This document shows positions 34,107-43,825 of a stretch of DNA of 64,000 nt, piece after piece; the first letter of the stretch is position 1; each line of letters opens with the position of its first letter. The notes under the pieces are model-generated. The model was not told the origin of the DNA. It did no database searches and saw nothing but the letters and a program-made list of their open reading frames with translations. Both the position numbers and the translations under genes were made by a program. This stretch comes from Deltaproteobacteria bacterium (GTDB taxonomy: Bacteria; Desulfobacterota; GWC2-55-46): contig JACRNL010000004.1 of assembly GCA_016234935.1 (NCBI GenBank), forward strand, positions 87,922 to 151,921, read 5' to 3'.

Positions 34107-35345
34107 CTACCCCTTCTCCTCCACAACCTCGTCCTTGCCGAGTCCGAAGGCCTCGTGCAGGACGCGCACGGCAAGCTCCGTGTATTTAACGTCAACCACG
34201 ACGGATATCTTTATCTCCGACGTTGAAATCATCTGTATGTTTATGCCCTCTTTGGCCAGCACGTCGAATGTCTTTGACGCTATGCCGGCGTGGCTTCTCA
34301 TGCCCGCGCCGACGATGGAGACCTTTGCTATGCTCGTATCCCCGATGACGTCCTTTGCCTCTATTACGGCGGCGACCTCTTTTATTATCTTCATGGCCTT
34401 TTTATAATCTGACTTTGACACGGTGAAGGTCAGGTCGGTGTGCGCGTCGTGGCTTATGTTCTGGACTATCATATCCACGTTGATGGCCGCCTCCGACAGG
34501 GGCCTGAAAACCTTTACGGCAATGCCCGGCCTGTCCGGCACCCTTATTATCGAAATCTTGGCCTCGTCTTTATTATAGGTGATGCCGGAAACCACTACTT
34601 TTTCCATGTCCTTGTCCTCCTTGCAAACAAGGGTTCCACCGGCGTCCGAGAATGAAGACCTCACTAACACCGGAACCTCGTATTTTTTTGCGAACTCCAC
34701 TGAGCGCGTCTGCAGGACTTTCGCGCCCAGAGACGCCATCTCCAGCATCTCGTCGTATGATACTTTTTTAAGTTTCCTCGCGTCCGCGCAGATGTTAGGG
34801 TCTGTGGTGTAGATGCCCTCGACGTCGGTGTATATCTCGCAGAGGTCGGCCTTAAGCGCCGCGGCAAGCGCGACCGCCGTCGTATCAGACCCGCCCCTGC
34901 CGAGCGTTGTTATGTCGCCGCCCGCGTCAACGCCCTGAAAACCCGCGACCACCGCAATGACGCCGCTTTTCAATTCCGCAACCAGCCTTTCGGTCTCTAT
35001 GCTTTCAATGCGCGCGCTTCCGAACTGCGAATCCGTAATAATAGCCACCTGATGGCCGAGAAAGCCCTTTGCCTTCATGCCCATTTCCTGCAGGCAAAGG
35101 GCCATAAGCCCTATTGTAACCTGCTCCCCTGTGGATATTACAAGGTCGTATTCCCTGCCTATTGGAAATTCGTTGGCCTCCAGCGTGAGGGCAACGAGCC
35201 TGTTCGTCTCGCCGGACATGGCCGACAGGACGACGACCACCTCGTGGCCTTCATTAGCGGTTCTGGCGACCCTGCGGGCGACGTTCCTGATACGCTCGAT
35301 ATTTCCCACCGACGTTCCGCCGTATTTTTGCACTATTAATGACAT
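34107..35345 (-). CDS. lysC: aspartate kinase
   Basis: VQKYGGTSV N-terminus and two C-terminal ACT domains, 412 aa. Confidence 0.9.
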   Translation of the reverse strand: MSLIVQKYGGTSVGNIERIRNVARRVARTANEGHEVVVVLSAMSGETNRLVALTLEANEFPIGREYDLVISTGEQVTIGLMALCLQEMGMKAKGFLGHQVAIITDSQFGSARIESIETERLVAELKSGVIAVVAGFQGVDAGGDITTLGRGGSDTTAVALAAALKADLCEIYTDVEGIYTTDPNICADARKLKKVSYDEMLEMASLGAKVLQTRSVEFAKKYEVPVLVRSSFSDAGGTLVCKEDKDMEKVVVSGITYNKDEAKISIIRVPDRPGIAVKVFRPLSEAAINVDMIVQNISHDAHTDLTFTVSKSDYKKAMKIIKEVAAVIEAKDVIGDTSIAKVSIVGAGMRSHAGIASKTFDVLAKEGINIQMISTSEIKISVVVDVKYTELAVRVLHEAFGLGKDEVVEEKG

Positions 35346-35409
35346 TATCTGACCCTTTCAATGGGATAATCCAACAGGCTGCTGTAAAACCCTCGCGTAT
35401 CCCTCGAAA

Positions 35410-35535
35410 GCAGGCTGCTCAAAAAGCCCCAGCTACTAGGCGACGAGGAGCGAAGAATGTAGGCGTAATGCTAATTACGCCGTAATGATGAGCTTTGATG
35501 CCAACGACGTAGATGGGGCGCTTGAGGCAGCCTGC
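35410..35535 (+). repeat. family A element, copy A5
   Basis: GCAGGCTGCTCAAAAAGCCCCAGCTAC .. GGCGTAAT/ATTACGCC .. GTAGATGGGGCGCTTGAGGCAGCCTGC. Its last base begins the CTA (TAG) stop of lpdA. Confidence 0.85.
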
Positions 35536-36938
35536 TACGCCCGCTTCCTGCCTATCTTGTGTATAGCCATGCCGTGCGCGTCCTCGGCGGCTTCCATGAC
35601 AAGCTCGGGAAGCGTCGGGTGAGCGTGTATTGTCTCGGCGACGTCCTTTGCCTTTGCGCCGGCCCTTATCGCAAAGGCGGCCTCGCCGATAAGGTCTGTC
35701 GCGTGCGCGCCGACTATGGAACAGCCCAATATTTTATCGGTCCCCTTATCCGCGATAAGCTGGACAAAGCCGTCGGTCTCGTCCATGCCCAAGGCCTTTC
35801 CGCTTGCCGCGTAAGGAAACCTGCCGATTGTCACGGCGATGCCCTTTTCTTCTGCCTCTTTTTCACGAAGCCCTACGCTTGCTATCTCCGGATCTGTGAA
35901 GATTCCGGCGGGCACCGCGGAATAATCCATTTTGGCAACTTTACCGAGCGCGTTTGAAACCGCCACAATACCCTGCGTCGAGGCCACGTGCGCAAGGAGC
36001 ATCTTTCCGGTAACGTCGCCTATGGCGTAGACGCCCTTTACGTTCGTCTCCATTTTTTCGTTCACGCCGACGCGCCCTTTTTCAAGGTTCACACCGGCCT
36101 TTTCAAGGCCAAGCCCGGCGGAATTAAAGCTCCTGCCTATGGACACGAGCGCCTTGTCGGTTAAAAACGCCCTGCCGTCCTTCAGCGTAGTCTTAACGCC
36201 GCCCTCTGCAACCTCTACCCGCTCAACAGAGACTTCCGTAAGGACGTTCACGCCCGTCTCCTTGAACCTCTTCAGGATGACCCTTGAGACCATCTTGTCC
36301 TCTGTCGTCAGGATAGACGGCAGCATCTCGACTATCGTAACGCTCGCGCCGAAGGCGGAAAAGAGCGTGGCGAACTCGCATCCCATAACCCCGCCGCCGA
36401 TTATGAGCAGGCTCTTCGGGACTTCCTTTAAATTCAATGCCTCGGTTGACGTGATGACGTTCTTGCCGTCAATGCTGAAGGCCGGTATCAGGAGCGGCTC
36501 TGAGCCTGTGGCTATGATGACAGCCTTTTTTGCCGCAATGACATCAACCGCGCCGTCCTTCGCGACGCGGACAGTCGACGCCGATTCCAAAAAGCCGTCG
36601 CCCTTCAAGACCTCCACGCCGTTGCCCTTTAAGAGCTGTTCAACGCCGCTGACGAGCTTTTTCACAACGCCGTCTTTTCTCTCGACGGCCTTTGCCATGT
36701 CAAAGGAAATATTGCCGACGTTAACGCCGAACTCCGCCGCGCGCCTCGCGGCAAGGAGATTTTTAGCTGAATAATAGAGCGCCTTTGTCGGGATGCAGCC
36801 GCGGTTCAGGCAGGTCCCTCCTATCCTGTCCTTTTCAACAAGCGCGACCCCCGCGCCAAGCTGAGCCGCCCTTATGGCGGCAACGTATCCGCCAGGCCCG
36901 CCGCCGACTACTACGACATCGAACTCTCTCATCAGCAA
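35535..36938 (-). CDS. lpdA: dihydrolipoyl dehydrogenase
   Basis: GGGPGGY, redox-active CLNRGCIPTK, HAHPT near the C-terminus, 467 aa. Confidence 0.9.
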   Translation of the reverse strand: MLMREFDVVVVGGGPGGYVAAIRAAQLGAGVALVEKDRIGGTCLNRGCIPTKALYYSAKNLLAARRAAEFGVNVGNISFDMAKAVERKDGVVKKLVSGVEQLLKGNGVEVLKGDGFLESASTVRVAKDGAVDVIAAKKAVIIATGSEPLLIPAFSIDGKNVITSTEALNLKEVPKSLLIIGGGVMGCEFATLFSAFGASVTIVEMLPSILTTEDKMVSRVILKRFKETGVNVLTEVSVERVEVAEGGVKTTLKDGRAFLTDKALVSIGRSFNSAGLGLEKAGVNLEKGRVGVNEKMETNVKGVYAIGDVTGKMLLAHVASTQGIVAVSNALGKVAKMDYSAVPAGIFTDPEIASVGLREKEAEEKGIAVTIGRFPYAASGKALGMDETDGFVQLIADKGTDKILGCSIVGAHATDLIGEAAFAIRAGAKAKDVAETIHAHPTLPELVMEAAEDAHGMAIHKIGRKRA

Positions 36939-36951
36939 AACCCCGCTTGAT

Positions 36952-37518
36952 TTATTGTGCCGCGCTATCTGCGCGGTACTTTTTTATTAACTTTATACTT
37001 TTGTCTTTAATTTGAAACCAGTTAGGAAGCTCGCCAATATGCGAATACTCAAAACTTTGATTATGCAACTCGGACAACTTGACCACGTAAGGTCTCTCTT
37101 CGAGAGTAAGGGTCACATCGCGCCTTCTACCATTCTTTTCATGTATCTCCCAAACAGGAAAAGCCATGTTATGTGCGAACGCATTGCGCACAGCATAAAC
37201 AAGCCGCCAAGTACTTTGGTATTCATCATCACTTTCTGGGTCACGCGGTAAATCCGCCTCTTTAAACGCAGCTTCTAATACGATCGCTGAATTACCAAAA
37301 CAAACCCCAACATTCATTTGAGATAACTTAATGATTTCTTCGGGAAGGAACTGTTTTTCGGCAAGGTTCATGTTTTCGCCTTCGAACTTTAACAGCACAT
37401 CTGTGTCAAACTTTTCATGATTCAAATGGCCTTGTTCGCAGTAGCACATCAGCTTAATTGAAAATTTAAGCAATTTGAACGCACGTTCTACATCTAAGAT
37501 CTCTTCCATAGTATTCAT
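36952..37518 (-). CDS. orphan protein with RNxxxH (HEPN-like) motif
   Basis: 188 aa in a segment that looks AT-rich. It looks largely helical by composition. LVYAVRNAFAHNMAF contains R-x4-H preceded by N, as in HEPN/DUF4145-type RNases. I recognise nothing else in it. Confidence 0.35.
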   Translation of the reverse strand: MNTMEEILDVERAFKLLKFSIKLMCYCEQGHLNHEKFDTDVLLKFEGENMNLAEKQFLPEEIIKLSQMNVGVCFGNSAIVLEAAFKEADLPRDPESDDEYQSTWRLVYAVRNAFAHNMAFPVWEIHEKNGRRRDVTLTLEERPYVVKLSELHNQSFEYSHIGELPNWFQIKDKSIKLIKKYRADSAAQ

Positions 37519-37613
37519 GACCGACTTTTATTATCAGTAGCTATTTTCTTCATACCAGTTTCTACATTGAAAAAACCCACACCCACGCAATCGAGCAGGC
37601 TTAAAACCCGCCC

Positions 37614-38063
37614 CTAACGCCGCCGTATCTCTATCTCCCTCATGTCTTCGCCCTTATACGAAAAAATCACGATGATATTGCATTCAGCGTAAAGGGCAGG
37701 GAACTTATCGGCCCATTCTATAACGGAAATACCCTTTGCGTAAATATATTCTTCAAGCCCTGCGCCGTATAATTCCTCCAGCTTTGCGAGCCTGTAAAGG
37801 TCAATATGGTAAAGCGGGAGACTGCCGCCCTCGTAGACGTTGATTAACGTAAATGACGGGCTTTTGACGCAGCCCTTCACGCCAAGCCCGCGCGCCATGC
37901 CCCTTACAAAAGACGTCTTCCCCGCGCCAAGCTCGCCGACAAGGCCGATGACCTCGCCCGGGCTGCTTAAAAGCCCCTTTGCCAGCTCTGCTCCGAGGGC
38001 CTCTGTCTCCTCAGGGGAGTTCGTTACATAAACGTCAGCCTTGGCGTCCATCTGAGCGCGCAA
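37614..38063 (-). CDS. tsaE: tRNA t6A37 biosynthesis ATPase TsaE
   Basis: GELGAGKTSFVRG P-loop and HIDLYRL motif, 149 aa. Confidence 0.85.
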   Translation of the reverse strand: MRAQMDAKADVYVTNSPEETEALGAELAKGLLSSPGEVIGLVGELGAGKTSFVRGMARGLGVKGCVKSPSFTLINVYEGGSLPLYHIDLYRLAKLEELYGAGLEEYIYAKGISVIEWADKFPALYAECNIIVIFSYKGEDMREIEIRRR

Positions 38064-39600
38064 TAAAAAAATTTAAAATCCGCGGTATGACGGGAAGGAG
38101 GTCTGTCGCCATCATGCCCGCCTCAATGCCGTTTTTTTTAAGTTCATCCGCCGCGAGGCCGTGCATATAAACCGCCGCTATGGCCGCATCAAGGGGCGGA
38201 TATCCCGCGGCCAGAAGACCGCCTATCATGCCTGATAAAACATCGCCAGTGCCTGCGGTGGAAAGCCCGGCGTTGCCCGTAGGGTTTATCCAGACCCGCC
38301 TGTCCGGCGCGGCGACCACGGTTGACGCGCCTTTAAGCGCTACGATTGCGCCGGATTTTTGCGCGAGCCTTTCCGCCGCGCCAAGCCTGTCGGCCTGAAC
38401 GTCCGCCGCGCTTGAGCCAAGGAGTCGCGCCGCCTCTCCGGGATGCGGCGTTATTACAACTCTGCCCCCGGCCTCTTTCAATAAAGATAAGTTGCCCTCC
38501 AATACATTGAGCCCGTCCGCGTCTATCACAACCGGGAGCCTTATCCCGCGCATTATCTTTTTCAAAAGGCTGAAGATGTCCGCCGACTTCCCAAGGCCGG
38601 GCCCGATGCACAGCGCGGATTTATCCGCGGCCGCCGCGCGTATGCCTTCGTAGGAGGCCGTCCCGAGCGTGCCGCCGGCAGTTTGGGCCAGCGGCGCGGT
38701 CATGACCTCCGTTGTCTTTGCCTCCATCGCCGGATTAAGACTCCGGGGTATGCCGAGCGTTACAAGCCCCGTCCCGGCCCTCATCGCGCCCATTGACGAC
38801 ATGTATGCCGCGCCCGTCTTTCCCGGCGATCCGGCAATGACGAGAAGATGCCCGTATGCGCCCTTATGCGCGTCAACCTCTCTGGGCCTGAGGATGCGCC
38901 TCATGTCCGCATCTTCGATAATGTTCCATCTTATCCTTTCATCCTCTAAAAGAGAAAGCGGAACCCCTATGTCGACCACATCTACCCTGCCCGCGAGCGA
39001 GCGGCCGGGATACAGGAGAAGCCCGATTTTCATGAGCGCCATCGTCGCGGTCACGTCGGCCATAACTGCGCAGCCAAGCGTCCTCCCTGTTGATGCGTCA
39101 ACGCCCGAAGGGACGTCGGCGGCAACGACCTTCTTTCCGAGCCTGTTTATAAGATTAATCACTTCGCAGGAGATACCCCTCACGGGGGAGGAAAGCCCTG
39201 TGCCGAAGATGGCGTCTACAATCACGGAAGAATGGCGCAGCGCGAGCACGTGCTTTTTAAGCTGCGCCGGCGTAAGGATGAAAAAAAGTTCGCCCATCTT
39301 TTGCCATGCCCTGGCGTTTATAAGGGCGTCGCCCTTTAAATCCTCAATCCGCGCAAGGGAGAAGACCTCCACGTGAAAGCCGGAGTTCTTAAGATGCCTG
39401 GCCGCCGCGTAACCATCTCCGCCGTTGCTGCCCTTCCCGGCGATAACAGCCACGCGCGGATTCAATCCCGTTGCCTCTTTTTTTACGGCCTCGGCAAGCC
39501 CCCTGCCCGCGTTTTCCATAAGCTGGAGCCCACGCAGGCCATAGGCCTTTACCGCCGCGCCGTCGATCGAACGCATATGCCTTGCGTCGCAAACCTTCAT
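38035..39600 (-). CDS. nnr: bifunctional NAD(P)H-hydrate epimerase/dehydratase
   Basis: YjeF N-terminal domain (GKGSNGGDG) plus a C-terminal carbohydrate-kinase-like dehydratase domain (GTGDVLSG). Confidence 0.9.
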   Translation of the reverse strand: MKVCDARHMRSIDGAAVKAYGLRGLQLMENAGRGLAEAVKKEATGLNPRVAVIAGKGSNGGDGYAAARHLKNSGFHVEVFSLARIEDLKGDALINARAWQKMGELFFILTPAQLKKHVLALRHSSVIVDAIFGTGLSSPVRGISCEVINLINRLGKKVVAADVPSGVDASTGRTLGCAVMADVTATMALMKIGLLLYPGRSLAGRVDVVDIGVPLSLLEDERIRWNIIEDADMRRILRPREVDAHKGAYGHLLVIAGSPGKTGAAYMSSMGAMRAGTGLVTLGIPRSLNPAMEAKTTEVMTAPLAQTAGGTLGTASYEGIRAAAADKSALCIGPGLGKSADIFSLLKKIMRGIRLPVVIDADGLNVLEGNLSLLKEAGGRVVITPHPGEAARLLGSSAADVQADRLGAAERLAQKSGAIVALKGASTVVAAPDRRVWINPTGNAGLSTAGTGDVLSGMIGGLLAAGYPPLDAAIAAVYMHGLAADELKKNGIEAGMMATDLLPVIPRILNFFIARSDGRQG

Positions 39601-39947
39601 CAGAGCCTCTCCACCACGGTTTCGGCTATGCTCAGTTCATCGGTGTGCGAAATTGAACAATTAAACCTGTATGTTTTATCAAGCCCCGGCACCTTTAAAA
39701 CAGGCGCGCCCGACTCCTCTCTCAGAACTTCAACGTCAATGTACCTGAATGCCCTTCCAAAAGCCTTAAAGAGGCTCACCTTCGCGGCAAAACGCGCGCT
39801 CAGGGATATCTCCGGCCTTCTCTGCTTCAGGCAATAGGAAAGCTCCCCTTCGGTAAAGAGCCTTTTGTAAAACCGCTCTCCCCTGCGTCTGGCCGCGGCC
39901 TTGAACCTTGCCACGTCGATCATATAAATGCCTATGCCGTGTATCAT
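39600..39947 (-). CDS. acpS: holo-[acyl-carrier-protein] synthase
   Basis: 115 aa, GIGIYMIDVARF N-terminus, SISHT near the C-terminus. Confidence 0.85.
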   Translation of the reverse strand: MIHGIGIYMIDVARFKAAARRRGERFYKRLFTEGELSYCLKQRRPEISLSARFAAKVSLFKAFGRAFRYIDVEVLREESGAPVLKVPGLDKTYRFNCSISHTDELSIAETVVERL

Positions 39948-39959
39948 TCAACCGCCTTT

Positions 39960-40673
39960 TTACCCGACAAGCCTCTTCATCTCTTTTACAGCCTCGCCGA
40001 TGCCCACGTAGACGCTTCTGGATATGATGCTGTAGCCTATGGCGAACTCCTCTATCTCCTTCATAGCGGCGGCCTCTTTTACGTTCGTGTAATCAAGGCC
40101 GTGTCCCGCGTGGGTCTTAAGGCCTATCCTCCTCGAGAGGACAGCGCTGTCGTATATCCTTTTAAGCTCTGCCTCGCGCCCGGCCCCTGTTTTCGCGTCC
40201 GCGTACGCGCCCGTGTGTATCTCCACGCCGGTGGAGCCTATCCTGTGGCTGTATTTAACCGCGTCCGGCACAGGGTCTATGAAAAGGTTGACGGCTATGC
40301 CGGCCTCTCTGACGGTCTGGACGAATTTTTTAAGCGGCTCCATGTTCTTCCTTACGTCAAGGCCGCCCTCGGTCGTGAGCTCCTGTCTTTTTTCCGGGAC
40401 TATCGTTATCATGTCCGGCTTTATCTCAAGGCAGATGCCGAGCATCTCCTGCGTGGCGGCCATCTCAAGGTTCAGGGAGGTCTTTACGGTCTTCCTTAGA
40501 ATAAAGACGTCTCTGTCCTGTATGTGGCGTCTGTCCTCGCGAAGGTGCACGGTAATGCCGTCCGCCCCGGCCAGTTCAGCGTTGAGGGCCGCCGTCACGG
40601 GGTCAGGCTCAAAGGCCTTCCTTGCCTGCCTTACCGTGGCCACATGGTCTACGTTTACGGAAAGTCTTGCCAT
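39960..40673 (-). CDS. pdxJ: pyridoxine 5'-phosphate synthase
   Basis: LSVNVDHVATVRQAR and HLREDRRHI motifs, 237 aa. Confidence 0.9.
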   Translation of the reverse strand: MARLSVNVDHVATVRQARKAFEPDPVTAALNAELAGADGITVHLREDRRHIQDRDVFILRKTVKTSLNLEMAATQEMLGICLEIKPDMITIVPEKRQELTTEGGLDVRKNMEPLKKFVQTVREAGIAVNLFIDPVPDAVKYSHRIGSTGVEIHTGAYADAKTGAGREAELKRIYDSAVLSRRIGLKTHAGHGLDYTNVKEAAAMKEIEEFAIGYSIISRSVYVGIGEAVKEMKRLVG

Positions 40674-40704
40674 AATCTTCCTGATCTCCCGATCTTTTAT
40701 ATAT

Positions 40705-40799
40705 TGTCATTCCCGCGGGTTTAATCCGTCCCCGAATGCTTGTATCATGGATTAAAATATTCGGGGCCTGCCCTCGCAGGTCTAAAGCGGGGGACGACA
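40705..40799. repeat. composite palindromic element (TGTCATTCCCGC end, CCCCGAAT hairpin, family C core)
   Basis: TGTCATTCCCGC .. CCCCGAATGCTTGTATCATGGATTAAAATATTCGGGG .. CCTGCCCTCGCAGGTCTAAAGCGGGGGACGACA. Confidence 0.7.
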
Positions 40800-40825
40800 G
40801 GCACAATGGCGTCTACGCATCCCCG

Positions 40826-42202
40826 TTATGCCCCGATCTCCTTTTGCAAAGCCTCGGCCAGTTCATCGGCCATCTGCTTTATCTCATCAGCCTTCTTGCC
40901 CTCGATCGTTATTCTCGCCAGCGGCTCTGTGCCGGAGTAGCGGATAAAGACCCTGCCGCGTCCTTTAAGCCGCTCCTCAACGGCCTTGAGCTTTTTTTGA
41001 ACGGAGGCAAGCCCGCTTAAATCCTTTTTCTCCCTGACCTTCACGTTCTTCAAGACCTGCGGATATGCGTGCATGGCCTTTGAAAGCTCGGAGAGCTTTT
41101 TGCCGTCTCTCGCCATCACCTTCAGCACCTGAAGCGCGGTGATAATGCCGTCGCCCGTTGTCGTGTGGTCTAGGAAGATGATGTGCCCGGACTGCTCACC
41201 GCCGAAGTTGTAACCGTGCTTGAGCATCTCCTCGACGACGCATCTGTCGCCGACGTCCGTCCTCACAACGCGGCAGCCCGCGCCTGTAAGGGCCTCTTCA
41301 AAACCGGAGTTGCTCATGATGGTCGCCACCACCGTGTCCTTCCTCAGCGTTCCCTCCCTTTTCATGGCAAGCGCGCTTATGGCCATGACGTGGTCGCCGT
41401 CAAGGACAGCGCCCTTTTCATCCACAAGTATGCACCTGTCGCCGTCGCCGTCAAGGGCCAGCCCGATGTCCGCGCCGGACTCCTTCACGGCCCTTGCCAC
41501 TAACTCCGGGTAGAGGGCGCCGCAGTTGTCGTTTATGTTCACGCCGTCCGGAGCCGCCGCGATGGGCACGACCCTGGCGCCGAGTTCGGAAAATACCAGC
41601 GGCGCCACCCTGTATGCCGCGCCGTTGGCGCAGTCCACCGCAATCTTGAGGCCGTCGAGCGTCAGGTCCTTCGGGAAGCTGTTCTTCGCGAACACCACGT
41701 ACCTGCCGATGGCGTCTTCAACGCGAAAGGCCTTGCCGACCTCTTTCGCCGTCGGCCTGTGGCTTGGATCATGATCCCTGAAGACAAAGTCTTCTATCTC
41801 ATGCTCTATCTCATCAGGGAGCTTCAAACCGTCCCTTGAAAAAAATTTTATGCCGTTGTCGTGGTACGGATTGTGAGAGGCCGATATGACCACGCCCGCG
41901 TCCGCCCGCATGTTGCTGGTCACAAACGCGATGCCCGGCGTGGGCAGAGGGCCTATCATCAGCGCGTCCACGCCCATGGAGCATATGCCCGCCATCATGG
42001 CGCTCTCAAGCATGTAGCCGGAAAGCCTCGTGTCTTTGCCGACGACTATCCTGTGCCTTCTGGCCTCCTTCTTGAACACGTGCGCGATGGCCCTGCCGAG
42101 TTTTAAGGCCATCTCGGCGGTCATAGGCTCTATATTGGCGACGCCGCGCACGCCGTCGGTGCCGAAAAGCCGTTTCGTCCTTTTCCTGGATATCATTTTC
42201 AA
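40826..42202 (-). CDS. glmM: phosphoglucosamine mutase
   Basis: [14 protein letters not shown] (active-site Ser) and GDGDR motifs. Confidence 0.9.
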   Translation of the reverse strand: MKMISRKRTKRLFGTDGVRGVANIEPMTAEMALKLGRAIAHVFKKEARRHRIVVGKDTRLSGYMLESAMMAGICSMGVDALMIGPLPTPGIAFVTSNMRADAGVVISASHNPYHDNGIKFFSRDGLKLPDEIEHEIEDFVFRDHDPSHRPTAKEVGKAFRVEDAIGRYVVFAKNSFPKDLTLDGLKIAVDCANGAAYRVAPLVFSELGARVVPIAAAPDGVNINDNCGALYPELVARAVKESGADIGLALDGDGDRCILVDEKGAVLDGDHVMAISALAMKREGTLRKDTVVATIMSNSGFEEALTGAGCRVVRTDVGDRCVVEEMLKHGYNFGGEQSGHIIFLDHTTTGDGIITALQVLKVMARDGKKLSELSKAMHAYPQVLKNVKVREKKDLSGLASVQKKLKAVEERLKGRGRVFIRYSGTEPLARITIEGKKADEIKQMADELAEALQKEIGA

Positions 42203-42232
42203 ACCATTCCTTTTTTGACGGTAAAGACCGGC

Positions 42233-42880
42233 TTACCTCGCCCGGACTATCGAAACGCGCACCGTCGCCTTGTCCGCGCTGATGCTCCTGAACTCAGCCG
42301 TTGCCACGTCGATATCAACGGAAAACTTTTTTGTCGAATCAAGCCCGCTTATATCCACAGGTTTCGTGAAGATAACTTCATGCTCTTTCAATGCGCGGAC
42401 AGCGCCCAAAACTGTGACCGTGCGCGGGAAGACGTTCACCGCCGCCACTTTGAAGCCTGCGGCAGGCTCGCCGCGAAGGCGCGCCTTCAATGGAACGGAG
42501 ACCCTGCGCAAGGCCTCCATCTTTATGTCAACTGCGCCGGGCCTGAGCTTTATGACCTCAACGCCCATCGGCGTTATGATGTTCTGCGCCGATATCTTGA
42601 ATACATTATGCCCCTCTTTCACGCCGGAAAGGTCGAGTTCGGCGACGACGCTTGACGGCGAGAGCTTCGTTATCGTCCTTCTCGGGCCTGAGACCCTGAC
42701 CTCGATCTCCCCTGGAGGCAGGCCTGATATCTCCATATTCTCAGGGATGTCCTTGAGGACAAGGGGCACGAGGAAGCCGACCTCGCTGCTGCTCTGCGCG
42801 CCTACAAAAAACCAGAGGGCCGCGGCAAAAACAACGGCCATGATCTTGAAGCCTATGTTTTTAAGAAAAAATCCTTTCAT
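42233..42880 (-). CDS. cdaR: YbbR-domain protein (CdaR-like regulator of diadenylate cyclase)
   Basis: N-terminal transmembrane segment plus YbbR-like beta repeats. Overlaps the cdaA stop. Sits in the conserved cdaA-cdaR-glmM arrangement. Confidence 0.75.
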   Translation of the reverse strand: MKGFFLKNIGFKIMAVVFAAALWFFVGAQSSSEVGFLVPLVLKDIPENMEISGLPPGEIEVRVSGPRRTITKLSPSSVVAELDLSGVKEGHNVFKISAQNIITPMGVEVIKLRPGAVDIKMEALRRVSVPLKARLRGEPAAGFKVAAVNVFPRTVTVLGAVRALKEHEVIFTKPVDISGLDSTKKFSVDIDVATAEFRSISADKATVRVSIVRAR

Positions 42881-43668
42881 CCTGGCGCCTGCCGCGGCAA
42901 CATGGTTTTTTTAAGGCCCGATTCACCCGGAAAAAGCCTTTTTAGATGCCCGTATATCTCTTCCGGCTTCACACCGGCGAAAAGCTCGTCGCCCGTCGCC
43001 AGCATGATCTCGCCCGTCTCCTCGGACACTACGATAACCACGGCGTCTGTCTCCTCCGCGAGCCCGATGGCCGCCCGGTGACGCGTGCCGAGGCTTTCCG
43101 CCAGCTCCTTTTCAGTCAGCGGCAGGATGCAGCCCGCCTTGAAAAGCCTTGCCCGCCTTATGACCACCGCGCCGTCATGCATGGGCGAGGCAGCGCTGAA
43201 GATGCAGCGCAGGAGCTCCTCCGATACCTTTGCGTCAAGATCCACGCCCGCGGCGCCGAACTCTCCAAGGTCTACGCCCCTTTCGATGACGATAAGCGCG
43301 CCGGTCTTTGACGAGGACATCGCCCTGACGGCATTGGCTGTCTCTTCGAGGACCTCCCTCGGCTTCATGGCGTCTTTAAGGCTGAGCACCTTGCCCATCT
43401 GCGCAAGGGCGCGCCGGATATCCTGCTGAAAAACGACTATGATGAAGATGGCGATGGAGCCAAGGAAGTTCGACAGTATCCAATGGAGCGTCACAAGCTC
43501 CACCCTCTGAGACACGAAGTAAACGAGGACGATTACGCCGAGGCCCCAGAGCATCCTTTCCGCCCTCGTCCCCTTGACCAGCAGCATGAGGTAGTAAAGG
43601 GCAACGGAAACGATGGCGATGTCTATGGCCGCGACAGGAACGGACAGCTTGAATATGGATTCGAACAT
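42877..43668 (-). CDS. cdaA: diadenylate cyclase CdaA
   Basis: Three N-terminal transmembrane helices plus a DAC domain (GALIVIER, DGAVVI, TRHRAAIGL, VSEETG). Confidence 0.85.
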   Translation of the reverse strand: MFESIFKLSVPVAAIDIAIVSVALYYLMLLVKGTRAERMLWGLGVIVLVYFVSQRVELVTLHWILSNFLGSIAIFIIVVFQQDIRRALAQMGKVLSLKDAMKPREVLEETANAVRAMSSSKTGALIVIERGVDLGEFGAAGVDLDAKVSEELLRCIFSAASPMHDGAVVIRRARLFKAGCILPLTEKELAESLGTRHRAAIGLAEETDAVVIVVSEETGEIMLATGDELFAGVKPEEIYGHLKRLFPGESGLKKTMLPRQAPG

Positions 43669-43690
43669 GGTTTTGTTTGGTTTTAAATAT

Positions 43691-43770
43691 TGTCATTCCC
43701 GCCTGCCCCCTGAGGGGGTTCAACCCCTTGAAAGGGCTCAACCCTCGCAGGCTTGAAGCGGGAGATGACA
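43691..43770. repeat. composite element: family C shell with a family D unit inside
   Basis: TGTCATTCCCGCCTGCCC [CCTGAGGGGGTTCAACCCCTTGAAAGGGCTCAAC] CCTCGCAGGCTTGAAGCGGGAGATGACA. Confidence 0.75.
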
Positions 43771-43825
43771 GCCCGATAAAGGCATACGATGCAGCCTCCG
43801 GCAAAGGAAGTTCCTCTGATGGAAT

